Shown: positions 1 to 12,000 of the stretch, in pieces
Layout: each line of letters begins with the position of its first letter
Numbering within the stretch: position 1 is the stretch's first letter
From: Mytilus californianus
Taxonomy: Eukaryota
Direction of reading: 5' to 3'
DNA length: 64,000 nucleotides
Assembly (NCBI RefSeq): GCF_021869535.1
Contig: NW_026262637.1
Span: 3,348,001 to 3,412,000 of the forward strand
The notes under the pieces: model-generated
Seen by the model: only the letters and a program-made list of their open reading frames with translations
Told to the model about the DNA's origin: nothing
The model's database searches: none
Position numbers and translations under genes: made by a program

Positions 1-1955
1 ATCAAACGAATGGAAAACAACTGTCATATTCCTAACTTGGTACAAGCATTTCCTTATGTAGAAAATGGTGGACTTAACCTGATTTTACAGCTAGCTTAAC
101 CTCTCACTTGTATGACAGTCGCATAAAATTCTATCATATTGACCACAATATGTGAACAAAACTAACACACTATAAAAACAAACAAATATATCAACAAAGA
201 AAAACAAAATGGCATAAGCAAAAATGAAAGACAAGAATACAAAAAATGACCATAACACAACAACACAATGACGGGATGCATAAGTACCGAGTCACGCGAA
301 AAGGATATTACCAAAAATGGACTTCTTTTGATCCAGTTATGCCATTTAAATTGATATTTTATTGTGTGTCTTTTTATGGTGTAATGTTATACCACTGATT
401 CAGGTTAGGGTGAAGGTTGGCGCCTGTTAAAATGTTTAAACCCGGTGCATTTTAATGCACCTGTACTAAGTCAGGAGCCTGTTGTTCAGTGGTTGTCGTT
501 TGTTGGTGTGGTTCATACGTGTTTCTCGTTTCTCGTTTTTTATATAGATTAGACCGTTGGTTTTCCTGTTTGAATTGTTTTACACTAGTCTTTTTGGGGC
601 CCTTTATAGCTTGCTGTTCGGTTTGAGCCAAGGCTCCGTGTTGGAGACCGTATTTTGACCTATAATTGTTTACTTTTTACACATTGTGACTTGGATGGAT
701 AGTTGTCTCATTGGCACTCATACCACATCTTCTTATTTATATAAACAGTAAAGGTTAATAATTTACAAAGACAAATAAAAGAACACTATAATTTGTAATT
801 AAGATGATAAACAACGTCAGTACCTGAAATATATACTTCAAGACCATCATGTATCATTTATGAAGTTGATACGGAATATTTATCAACAAGTTCTTTGTAT
901 CTTCCGATGAACGTTTTTAGAAAAAGGACGAGACGTTCTTTGGCGTAACCCTAGTCCATCAACTTTCTGCTCAGACACTGGTGACGTTTTTTAAAGTCAG
1001 GAGTAGAGCTGCAAGCTCTTGAATACCGAATGAGATGGGAAAGATATATCCCATATGCAGGTGAAGTTGGTATATTGCTACTAAGGTGGGGGAAATTGAT
1101 AATTTCAAAATTAAAATCGTCTCGATAGTCATAGATTCTGGTACTGAGATGACCGCGTATGTCGAACTCGAGGCATACGTCTAAAAATGAGGCAGAGGAA
1201 GTCGTGTCTGTTGTTTCTTTAATTTCTAGTTTTAGAGGATATATTAATGGAACCCAATCATAAAAGTTTGGATTGTTAATGGAAAGAACATCATCAATAT
1301 ATCTGAATGTGAAATTAAATGATCTGGCTTCTTTAATCTTCTTGTTTTTGACAAGTGTCTTAAGGAACTCCGAAATAAGAAGAGGTAGGCAAGATGAGGC
1401 GCATAGTTCGTTCAAATAGGAATGCCACTACTTTGTTGAAAAAGACTACCTCCAACTTCAACAAATATGTTGTCAATAAGAAACTCCAGCATACTGATCA
1501 TTGTTCCTCTTTGTAGTATGTTTTACCTTTGTGTTCACTATTAACAAAATATGCCGTATGGTATCCTAAAGTAATAAATTTATAGCGTATGCTACCATTT
1601 TTATATTGAAAAGCATTGTGGATTATTTCTTTCAGACAATTTTTAATTTCACATGGGGAATGGTGGTATACAGGGTTGAAAAATCAAAAGTTTTGATAGA
1701 ATTGATTTCAGAGAAAGGTCGAGATTTAAAATTATTCAGAAGTTCTTAACAGTTTTCTTAGAATCCACATATGTTTAATACCACTAGGCGAGTAAAGAGT
1801 TTCATAGTATTTCTGAAGACCCTCTTTCACTGCGGACAGACTTTTTGTCAATCTAATGGAGAATTCCTTTTTTAGAACATGCAGATGAGCCGGCAATGTA
1901 CCGTTGTTTGTACGGATTTTCGTAAAGGTTAGGTATTCAACACAAATAAGAAATT
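1..1955 (-). mobile_element. Penelope-like retroelement family 1, 5'-truncated RT pseudogene (~1950-830) plus 3' region, interrupted by an insertion at 326-743
   Basis: Translation across stops/frameshifts gives [58 protein letters not shown] (YxDD), SASFLD, RDDFNFEIINFP, LIRYSRAC. The 3' part matches 17920-18620 and 19680-20630. Confidence 0.85.
326..743 (+). repeat. Abundant interspersed repeat (family D) ending ...ctcattggcactcataccacatcttctt
   Basis: Splits the contiguous tactgttt/gtcc sequence seen in the 20130-20140 copy; homologs at ~2275-2790, 5300-5460, 21915-22015, 23756-24330, 39090-39220, 48400-48600, 49880-50600. Confidence 0.8.
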
Positions 1956-2466
1956 ATTGAGCTATCAGCTCATCGATGGTGCTCAAAGTCACTAAAACTT
2001 ACAGTTAGCCGTTTATTGTCATATTTATAAATAAATATATAGAGTTTAAGTTCATCCTTATATAATGACGTGATGGACAATTTGTTGTATGAAAATGTCA
2101 ACTTGGATATTTTTGAATTATTATATTATTATCTTAAGTTATTAAACATTGTTTGCAAGTAAAAATAATAGGTAAATTTGAGCAACCAAATATATATTAG
2201 AGTTTTGTGTTATTATACTAAAGAATTATACTAAAGAATTATACTATAGAATTTAGTAAAGGAATGTTTTGATTTAGTCTTAGATGCATGATTTTATTTA
2301 TTAGTTGTTATTGGTTTTGAACTAGCTGTCAGTAACTGCGAGTACTCTAAGATATGTTCTTCGTGTTTTTTATTTTGTTGTAGGGATGTATAAATACCCG
2401 TCAACGTCCACTCTGTGTTTTTGTTGGATGTATTTCTATTTGTATCCATCTAATGAGTTAAGCCTT

Positions 2467-2690
2467 TTTGAATTTTTGAAATACTAGGCTTTTCTACTTC
2501 AGGAATAGATTACCTTAGCTGTATTTGGCAAAACTTTTAGGAATTTTTGGTCCTCAATGTTTTTCAACTTCGTACTTTTTGTGGGCTTTTTAACTTTTTT
2601 TTATTCGAGCGTCACTGATGAGTCTTTTGTAGACAAAACGTGCGTCTGGCGCAAATACAAAATTTTAATCCTGGTATCTATTATGAGTTT
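2467..2690 (+). mobile_element. Retrozyme-like family A fragment nested in a family D repeat
   Basis: Homologous to 22085-22295 (-) and 55040-55170 (-); carries a hammerhead motif; splits the aagcctttt/ttcaactgatttt host sequence. Confidence 0.7.
2610..2651 (+). ncRNA. Minimal type I hammerhead motif, family A, probably inactive
   Basis: cgtca CTGATGA GTC-ttttgta-GAC AAAA C-gtgc-GTC tggcg; GAAA has mutated to AAAA. Confidence 0.75.
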
Positions 2691-2894
2691 GTTTTCAACT
2701 GATTTTTATAGTTTGTTCTTATGTTCTACTGTTACACCACTGTTCCATGTTAGGGGGAGGGTTTGGCACATGTGAGTTGCATATTTACAGTTCGGAACGT
2801 TATTCGAAACACTAACGTTTTATACTCCCCGGTAAAGATGGCCTTAACATGTTTATACACAACCATTTGGCCTTCCACGTGTTTTAATTCGAAG

Positions 2895-2935
2895 GCCACT
2901 GATGATGCTTATGTAGACGAAATGCGTGTTTGGCG
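2895..2935 (+). ncRNA. Degenerate hammerhead motif, family A
   Basis: gcca CTGATGA tgcttatgtagac GAAA tgcgtgtt tggcg; helix I retained, helix II broken. Confidence 0.6.
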
Positions 2936-3328
2936 TCCTAATCATAAATAAATTATAAGCCTCACAAGTAGCACAGAACACAACTAATTGATGCTGGTAA
3001 ACATAAGGCAAGAACCCAAAACATTAAAGAAAAAACAAAAAAAAATACTAAATTTATTTGCACACATGACCCGACATTACCGAACATATTGAGTGTCGTA
3101 CGATCTATTAAAGCGAAAGACTAAAAAAAAAACAACCTCGAAAGAAAACAATTAGTATGCAGTCGCGGACAACCTTAAAATCTAAAGAAAGATTCGACAG
3201 GTGCCAAATTTTACTCAGTTCAAGTGAAAGTGTCTTGTAACACTATTTACAGTGTCTGTTCACATGAATATACTAATATATTAATTATGAGTTTCTTCAG
3301 ATTGCACATCATGAAATAAAATAGTTAC

Positions 3329-3526
3329 CTGGGCATTCTTTAAGTTTACACGGACGATAGTTAATGGCGAATGAATCTCCTACACAATCTTTACCACCGT
3401 ACGCTGGCTCTGGATAAGTGCAAGTTCTATTTTTATATCAAGACTCAATGCCATAGTCACATTTGCATGTAGTGGAGCAATCCCCATTCCAAGACACTGA
3501 AACATAATCACTCCAACCTCCATCAA
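3329..3526 (-). pseudogene. Divergent 5th TSP1 exon (198 nt, phase 1-1) with in-frame TGA at 3440-3438
   Basis: tttcattctttaag acceptor, CCAG|gtaact donor; VDGGWSDYVSVSWNGDCSTTCKCDYGIES*YKNRTCTYPEPAYGGKDCVGDSFAINYRPCKLKECP. Not in the ORF track in this frame. Confidence 0.85.
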
Positions 3527-4059
3527 CTTAAAGAATGAAACAAATATGGATAATTCAAAATAAACGTCATTACTACTACTACAAACTAACACCCAAGGAA
3601 GAATGAAAGAAATAGCTCCCGTGGACGGAGGAAGTCCTTTAAACCCGTAAAAGGAAGAAGTATAAACACCTGTGGACGAAAGAATGTACCAACAGACAAA
3701 ACTATATTTACTTTTACTTTAACCGAGCATTTTTTATTTGTTAGAAAAGTGAGATAAGAAACCAAACGGACAATAAAAACAAAAAGTCAATAAAAAAACA
3801 GAACACAGTATAGCCAAAAGAAAAAAACGATGTACAATCCACAAAACACTAGACAGAATACTCATCAATGTCCAAAGTAATGTTTCCTATAGTCGAATTA
3901 AAATTAAAGTTAAAAAACATTATTTTACTGCACCAGATGCACATTTCGACAATTGGAGTTCCTGAATGAGAAATGAAAAAAAAAAGATATTGCTACCACA
4001 ACCATTATTTATAAGAACCAAAACAGTTGGAGAGATATGTGATCGAAAATAAAATCCGT

Positions 4060-4235
4060 CTAAGGTCAACTTTTCCTAAGGGACTTTAAATCTTAGTTTA
4101 TAAATAATTTCTATATTTATAATCGGACAATGTGAGAAAGGTTTGTTATAAATCATGTCAGTCCCGAAGTACTAACTACTGAGCTGATGATACTCCGGGG
4201 AATGATAGTCCACCAGCAGCGGTATCATTGATTCT
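4060..4235 (-). mobile_element. Retrozyme-like family B fragment (hairpin-rich half, no hammerhead)
   Basis: Colinear homology with 22725-22895. Confidence 0.7.
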
Positions 4236-4841
4236 TGACATTTGACATTTGGCGGGAGCTTCAAGTTACAGATTTGAACAATATCTGAAATGTATGCAAA
4301 GCTCCACCTTTCAAAAATTCCAAGATAAGAGAATAACAGTAATGACCAGTTGCATATAACCAGTGCTAGTACTGTGATAAGATCATTTTTAGTAAGATTT
4401 CAGAGGAAATATACTGCTAAATTAAGTCATACACAGAAACTTATAAATGTGCAATAAAAGATATGTTTATACAAAAACAATATCTTTCCCATTCTGAAAA
4501 TAGATTGTCTCATTTGATTTGTGAGGTATAAGAAATTAAAGAAAAAAAAATCACTTAACACATTAAAACTTTTAAAATGCCAAACAAAGGGCCACTCCTT
4601 CGCCTAAATGTAGAAGACAAAAGAGAAAAATGTGTACAAATTTCAGAAAAAAACACGTTGGTATCTTTGGTGCGTTTTCACCTCCGTAATTATATGAATT
4701 ACTTATGATTGCAACAAAATAAGATACAAACACACAATTTTTTTTCTGTCAAAGATTACCAACTGGATACTTAATACTTTAGAGTAACTATTGTGTGCTC
4801 TTAGTTTATTTTCCGAATTTCACTAAAAATAATCAAACTAA

Positions 4842-4884
4842 GCATCACTGAAGAGAAATTAATTGTTGAAATGTGCATCTGGTG
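4842..4884 (+). ncRNA. Degenerate hammerhead motif, family C (AUC triplet)
   Basis: catca CTGAAGA gaaattaattgtt GAAA T-gtgc-A TC tggtg; a 3' half of the same family lies at ~3930-3952 on the minus strand. Confidence 0.55.
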
Positions 4885-5611
4885 AAGAAAAATTGGTATA
4901 TTCTTTATAACACTGAAGTACTACCTTACGGATGCTCGCTCCTCTTATTTTTGTAATTTTGCCAGATATTCGGAATCCTCTGGTTTCATCCATGTAGTGC
5001 CATTAAAAATTTTGCCCACTAACCCCTTCTTTTCTTTCCATAATATGATTACATATAGTTTAAATAGTCATCTTTGAAAATCTTATAAAATCCTTTTTAT
5101 TTTTTCAACGTTTTTCAAAGAAGAAAGGTGTCAATGTTAAATGTATGAAAATTCTAGAGAGAATTATTACCCGCCAAATTTTCAATGGCTCATATCTCGG
5201 AAATAACCACACGGACCTTCAATTTTTTTCTGATTTTTTAGTTTCTTTATTTATATACTATCAATTTTGAAACAGAGTAGCGATCATCCTTAACATAATA
5301 GTTTGTATTTCTGTTTGAATGGTTTTACACTAGTCATTTTTGGGGCCCTTTATAGTCTTCGTGTTGAAGGCCGTACTTTGACCTATAACGGTTTACTTTT
5401 ACAAATTGTGATTTGGTTTGAGAATTGTCTCATTGGCACTCATACCACTTTATATTTATAAACAAAATTATCATTACTTCATGTCACCTTTCAAAACAAA
5501 GTTAAACACTTTGTTTGTTTAACCTTTGGCTGAAACTTATTTTTGTTTTCATTAATTTTCATATCTATTAGTCCATTAAATAAAAAGAAAACATCTATTT
5601 GAACGCATTCA

Positions 5612-5870
5612 TCCATTATTAATCCAGCCACATATTTGCCTGTCCCAAGTCTGGAACCTCTGGCCTTTTTTAGTTTGGTATGTTTATATAATTTTGGTTC
5701 ATTTATATGTTTAAGAGTTTAGTGTGACGTCCATTTTTGCTGAAGCCCGCCTCTGGGTTCGATATTTTCTTGCTGTTTTGAAGACCCATTGGTGATCTAG
5801 GGCTGTTTTCTGTTCTTCGATCGAGTTGTAATTTCTTTGACACATTCCACGTTTCCATTCTCAATTTTAT
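5612..5870 (+). repeat. Interspersed repeat family E ending ...cacattcc(a/c)c(g/a)tttccattctcaattttat, abutting the TSP1 repeat-4 donor
   Basis: Homologs at ~26250-26970 (-) and ~35060-35130 (+). Confidence 0.7.
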
Positions 5871-5877
5871 TGTTTAC

Positions 5878-6069
5878 CTGATGGACAATCTCTTTATTTA
5901 CAAGCACGCGTTACGTTAAGCGTACTCGACCCTGAACACGGTTTCCCACCATTCTCTGGACTTGGATTTGTACATGTTCTGGTTCTCTTTCCATACTGTA
6001 TTCCAACGCCGCAAGTTGTAGAACAACCGGGGGTCCAACTTACGGCAGACCAACTATTCCAAGCTCCAT
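5878..6069 (-). CDS. TSP1 repeat 4 exon (192 nt) with in-frame TAA at 5896-5894
   Basis: tag acceptor; [63 protein letters not shown]; donor CAG|gtaaac still present at 5877. Confidence 0.88.
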
Positions 6070-9000
6070 CTAATGAGAAAAATATAACAGATTTAACAGA
6101 ATTATTAGATAGACTCATCATAGATACACACCTTTTATGTAATATAGTGAAAGTCAATCTACTTCTATGAACTTAAAATAGCATAGTAAGACAAGCATGA
6201 ATAATCATGATAGCAATACTATTACATGTACCATCAACTAAAAGAAGATATGAAAAAAATGAAGTACGTTCGGGGAAAGTATCTTTGACACTGTTACTAA
6301 ACAACAAGTATGACCAAAACGAATGAGTTAAATACTATAAATTCAGAAATGTTTGCGATGTTTTCATTGTTGCAAAGATTGCGACAAGATAGGTGTCACA
6401 AAAACAAAACCTAGCATTTTAATATTGATAGCATTATTTATATGTAGCATATTCCTAAAATCTCAATAATCAAACTCTCATATGAACCGATTGTGCAATT
6501 ATCGCAATAATAAATACAAAGCCATCTTAATTAAAATAAAACAGCATGCAAAGTTCTTTAATTTCACTTTCAGATATATTATGAGACGCTTACACTGCCG
6601 ACGCACCGGCATTGCTCCTTTTGCAGCTTTTTTTTCGATATTACCTAGGCTTATCTCCCGTATCGATTTATGAGATTAAAACATCAGTAAAATACTGTTG
6701 CCTAGATTTACGTATTCTTGTCTGTTTTGCTATTAACAAGTTCATATTTGACTAAAGGAGAACAGACATATGTAATTACTACCATAAACATATCTTATCT
6801 ATAGGAAATAAACAATTGTGTTAACCGTTTTAGCTTATGATAGCAGAAATCATCATCATCAGAAATTTTGAAGCTCTAATTTCGGCAGCATGGAAAATAA
6901 ATTTAGTGTATAAAAAGACATCCTTAAAATCATTTTGTTTCTCAAAAAGCCAAATTACCTTAAACGACATTTAATATCTTTCGACTTTTTTCGATACTAA
7001 ATGTTTAGCAAAATATTTTTTAAAGCACGTATTTTGAAAATAGATGTCAATTCTCATGTAATTTGTTTGTAATTGACTATTTTGATTGGACATCACACAT
7101 TTTAACGGGGTCAATTCTACGCTACGCGTCGCTAGGTAAACTCAATTTATGGAGGAAATCCTACGTTTTACGTAGCCAATGTTTAGAAATGAAAGAACAT
7201 AGACATAGGTGATCCATTTGTAGTTTATTTAACCCAGGCCATAATTCGTTGAAAAACAACAACAAGTTAAATAAGTCATCAAGAAAACTACACATAAAAA
7301 CAAAGATTTAGCAACACGAAACGCACTTAGAATAGGTGTGAACTCAGATGCTCGGGAAAGTAATTAATGGCCCCAACATTTATACATTCATCTTATTGTC
7401 ATGTTTAGATAACAAACAAAATAGATGAAGCCAAAATCGAGGAACAGAGACTGTGATTGTGCTAACGACAGTATTCAGCTTTTCATAAAGACTACGGTGA
7501 ACCAAATCACCATGGCGTACATTCAATTCTCTACAATTTCATTTCCTACTAAGTTTGTAACTCAATTATTGTCGTTTTAATTTTATTTCTACTAGTTTTT
7601 GAAATAAAAATAATACACACATTACTCCACGTGTTTATTATGTACCTATTGGGCAATCTCTAACTTTACAAGCACGTGTTACAGTCAGCGTACTCGATCC
7701 TGAACACTGTTTCCCACCATTCTCAGGGCTTGGATTTGTACATGTTCTTGTTCTCTGCCCGTACTGTATTCCAACGCCGCAAGTTGTAGAACAACCTGTG
7801 ATCCAACTTATATCAGACCAGCTACTCCAACCTCCATCTAAATCGGAAAAAAATTAACAGAGATTATTGGTAAAATGACTACACAAAAAATAAAAGCAAA
7901 AATAACTTAAACCTGTAGTTTATAATTACTATGTAAACGCTCGGACTTTCTTACTCACTCGTGGCCTTTGTCCTTCTGCTTGTATACAAGTTTATATTTT
8001 ACTAAGAGAAAAAAAAGTTCTAATTGCGATAAAACACGCAACAAATTTATTATTTATTACAAAAAAGTACTATACTTGCTAATTTATTAATCACGAAGTA
8101 AAAATTCATCATACACAAACAAACAAAAAAAAACAAAAGAAAGAAAGAAACGCACACGGTTGTTTTATCTGTTTGTTATTAAAATATTAAGAGCTTTATT
8201 TTGTAAATTTATAATATCATAGGGGCTTGATCACAATTTTGCGCTCTCGTTTTGATAGTTTGAAAAATAAATTCTATCAGCAGAAATCCTCAATATGATT
8301 TTTAAATTCTTAACATTTCAAAATTATAAAGAGACATTTTTATCTGTATTTCTCTTATCGTTAGATTATTTTAAGAAAAAATCTCAGGCTGGTGTCGGTT
8401 GGAAAGAAACTTTGTTTTTCTATCTGTCAGCTTTAAATTAACTTTTATTAAAGAATTGCACTTTTTTTTAATTTTAAAACAAAATAAAACAAAAAAACAG
8501 AACTGATACTGCAAAAAGCTGATCCATTAGTAGTATTACCAAAAAGAGCAACCTAAAAACATAATTGGAAGAAAAACACAAAATAATTGTCAATATAAAA
8601 AAACGAAGAATAGGGAACGGGATTATGCCTACTGTTCATCTATGACGCAGATATACTATAATGGTCAATAAAATCAAGATTGCATCTTTACAATTCCAGA
8701 CAGCTTTATTTCCTGCTGAGGCTGAAATTCAATGTCGTCTAATGGATTTCATTTGTAATAGTTCGTTCAATTAAAATAATACACACATAACTCAACGCGT
8801 TTATTATGTACCTGTTGGGCAATCTCTAACTTTACAAGCACGTGTTAAATTCAGTGTACTCGATCCTGGACACGGTTTTCCACCGTTCACAGGGCTTGGA
8901 TTTGTACATGTTCTGTTTTTCTGTCCATACTGTATTCCTGCTTCGCAAGTAGCGGAACAACCGGTGGACCAATTAATTGCAGACCAGCTACTCCAACTTC

Positions 9001-12000
9001 CATCTGAAGAACGGAAACATAGATTAAACGGAGATAATTAGAGGCACAATAGACTTTTTTTGTGAAATAAAGTGAAAGCTACCCCAGTCTCCATCAACTT
9101 GTTAAAGTGAAACAAGCGTGAATAATCATGATATCACTACAACTACCATCAATAAAAGTATGATATAAATTTGTTAAATATTTTTGATATTTTGTATTTG
9201 TTTAGTATTACCAAACGTATAAAAAAAATCAAAAACTAATTACAAATTTTTTTTCAGTTTGAATCTTTGGTAAGGCGATGCTCGACAGAAAAAAAAATCA
9301 AAAATATTTAAAATATAACACTAAGGTATATAAAATTTAAAGTAAAAGCTAAACCAAAACCTGCAGTTGACGATTTATATGCAAAGACTTACTTACTCAT
9401 TCATTGCCATCGTGGTTTTGTTGATATACAAGTTCATATTTTACTAAGAGAGAAAAAAAAAAGTTGTAACTTATACAAAAAAACCTCAACAAATGTATTA
9501 TCCATAACAAATAACCAATCCTTAAACTACTTGCTGGTTTATTAATCACGAAGTATACATTTTATCATACGAAACAAAAACAACAAAACAAAACAAAAAA
9601 GACAAAATGAAAGGAAAGGAAAAGCACACGGTTTTTGTCGAGCCTGCGACTTTTGTCTCAGAAAGCTCGACATAGGGATAGTGATCCGGCGGCGGCGGCG
9701 TTAACTAACTTCTTAAAAGCTTAATATTTCAGAAGGTAGAAGACCTGGATGCTTCATACTTTATATATAAATGCCTCATGATATGAAGTTTTCGTCTGTC
9801 ATATGTCCATTGTCCTTGACCTCATTTTCATTGTTCAGTGACTACTTGAAAAAAAATAAAGATTTTTTGTAATGTTAATTTCTCTCTTATTATGAGTTAT
9901 AGGATAACTATATTTGGTATGTCCGTACCTTGCACGGTCCTCATGTCTGTCAGACAGTTTTCACTTGACCTCGACCTCATTTCATGGATCGGTGAACGAG
10001 GTTACGTTTTCGTGGTCAAGTCCATATCTCAGATATTATAAGCAATAGGTCTACTATATTTGGTGTATGTAATAATTGTAAGGTGTACATGTCCAACTGG
10101 CAGGTGTCATACTGTATGCAGTAGGTTTTTCTTAAACTTTAAGCAATTGCTCAACTATATGTGGTGTATGGAATGATTGTAAGGTGTGCATGTCTGTCTG
10201 GCATGGTTCATCTGACCTTGAATTCATTTTCATGGCTTATTGGTCAATATAGAATTTCCACGGTTTGGTCTGTTTCTTTTATACTATAAGCAATAGGTCA
10301 TCTATATTCTGTGTATGGAATGATTGTCTTAAAGGTGTACATGTATTTCCGCCTTGGTTAATCTGACCTTGACCTCATTTTCTTGGATCATAAATGTTAA
10401 TGTGATACTTGTAGTAAAACTTTATATGAAGGACTATCAACATAAAATCAATGGTCAGTATAGAAGGCGAGACATTTCAGCGTGTGCACTCTTGTTATAT
10501 CTATGTGTGATTAAAATATGAAAGAGTTAAATATACTAAACATAAAATAGAATAGGGGCTTGAACAAAACTTTGCTCTCCGTTTTGATAGCATGGAAAAT
10601 AAATAAGTTGATTTTTATCGACATTTCTCTGATTTTTAGATTTTTTAAAGAAAAACTCACAGACAGCTGTCGGTTTGCAAATAAGTTATCTACCTGTCAG
10701 CTTAAGATTAATTTCTTGTAAATGATTACACCTTTTAATTTCAAACTAATCAAAGTTAAAGTATAGAAATTAAACAAAACTGAGACTTTATATATGTTAT
10801 CTATGTGTTATATTGCCCGAAATGGGCAATACAAATCTTAATTGGAAGAAAAACAGACACAATAAAAAAAAACAAGGAATAAGGAACGGGATTTTTTCTA
10901 CTTTTCATCCGTGACACAGATATAAAATAATTGTCAATCAAATCACGATTGCATCTATACAATTCTCGACAGCTTTACTTCCTCCTGAGGCTGAAACTCA
11001 ATTGCTGAATATATGAATTAATATTTACCTATTGGGCAATCTCTAATTTTGCAAGGACGTGTTACAGTAAGGGTACTCGATCCTAAACATGGTTTCCCAC
11101 CGTTCACAGGGCTCGGATTTGTACATGTTCTGGTTCTCTGTCCATACTGTATTCCAACACCGCAAGTTGTAGAACAACCGGTGGTCCAATTTATTGCAGA
11201 CCAGCTACTCCAACCCCCATCTGAAGAGACAAAATAGATTTAACAGAGTTTATAAGAAGCGCAATATATCTTACTTTTGTGACGAAAAAATGAAACCTAT
11301 TCTCGTATGTGTCTATAATTGTTTGTAGAATGGCTTATTTTTTTCGATATTTGTTAAAAGTAAAAGACAAGAAAAACATTCATCAACGGTGGTATAGAAG
11401 TGTTATAGACAAAGGGAAATAATGTTATTTTAAGATTTTGCTTTTGGTTTTGAATTCAAAGTTTACTTGTAAGCACAATATTACAGAATTTGGGTTATAT
11501 ACCACATATGTTAATGAAGGTTTCTATTTTTTTAATGTGTAAATTTATTTAGAAGAAATGCTATCCATTATATGATCACGAACCCAATATTCAATCAACT
11601 GTGTTCAATGGAACAGCACACTGCAACATTTTGTCGTTTAAAACAGGAAACCGAGCTCAACGGTTAAGAATTTTATTTTTGAGCGGCCATCTTTGATAAA
11701 CTAACTTCTACTATAGGCACATTTGTTGAATAAAACCTTTTTGTTTTACACTTGAGTTTAAATTGTATAGGCTTAGGACGATTTATAGCTTTTCCTATTC
11801 AAAATACAACTGTCTACAATTGCTATCTATTTATCTTTTGGTCAATTCAGTCTTTGTGTTATTATCTAATTTACTTGGTCCATTTCTGCTTTTGCTCATA
11901 TGTAAGTTTCCTTCATTATGTTTGATTTCTAAAGCTTGATAATGATATACCTAAATCTTCCTCAGTGATGAAAACGTCCTTCTAGTGAATTCTTGGTATC

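Noticed and set aside
3438-3440. In-frame TGA in the 5th TSP1 exon as selenocysteine (the exon also has an extra Cys)
   Set aside because: It aligns with a Gly (GGA/GGG) position of the paralogous exons, so a single G>T change explains it. An upstream TAA already terminates the frame, and I identified no SECIS.
11049-11237. Plus-strand ORF as a gene
   Set aside because: Antisense shadow of TSP1 repeat 1.
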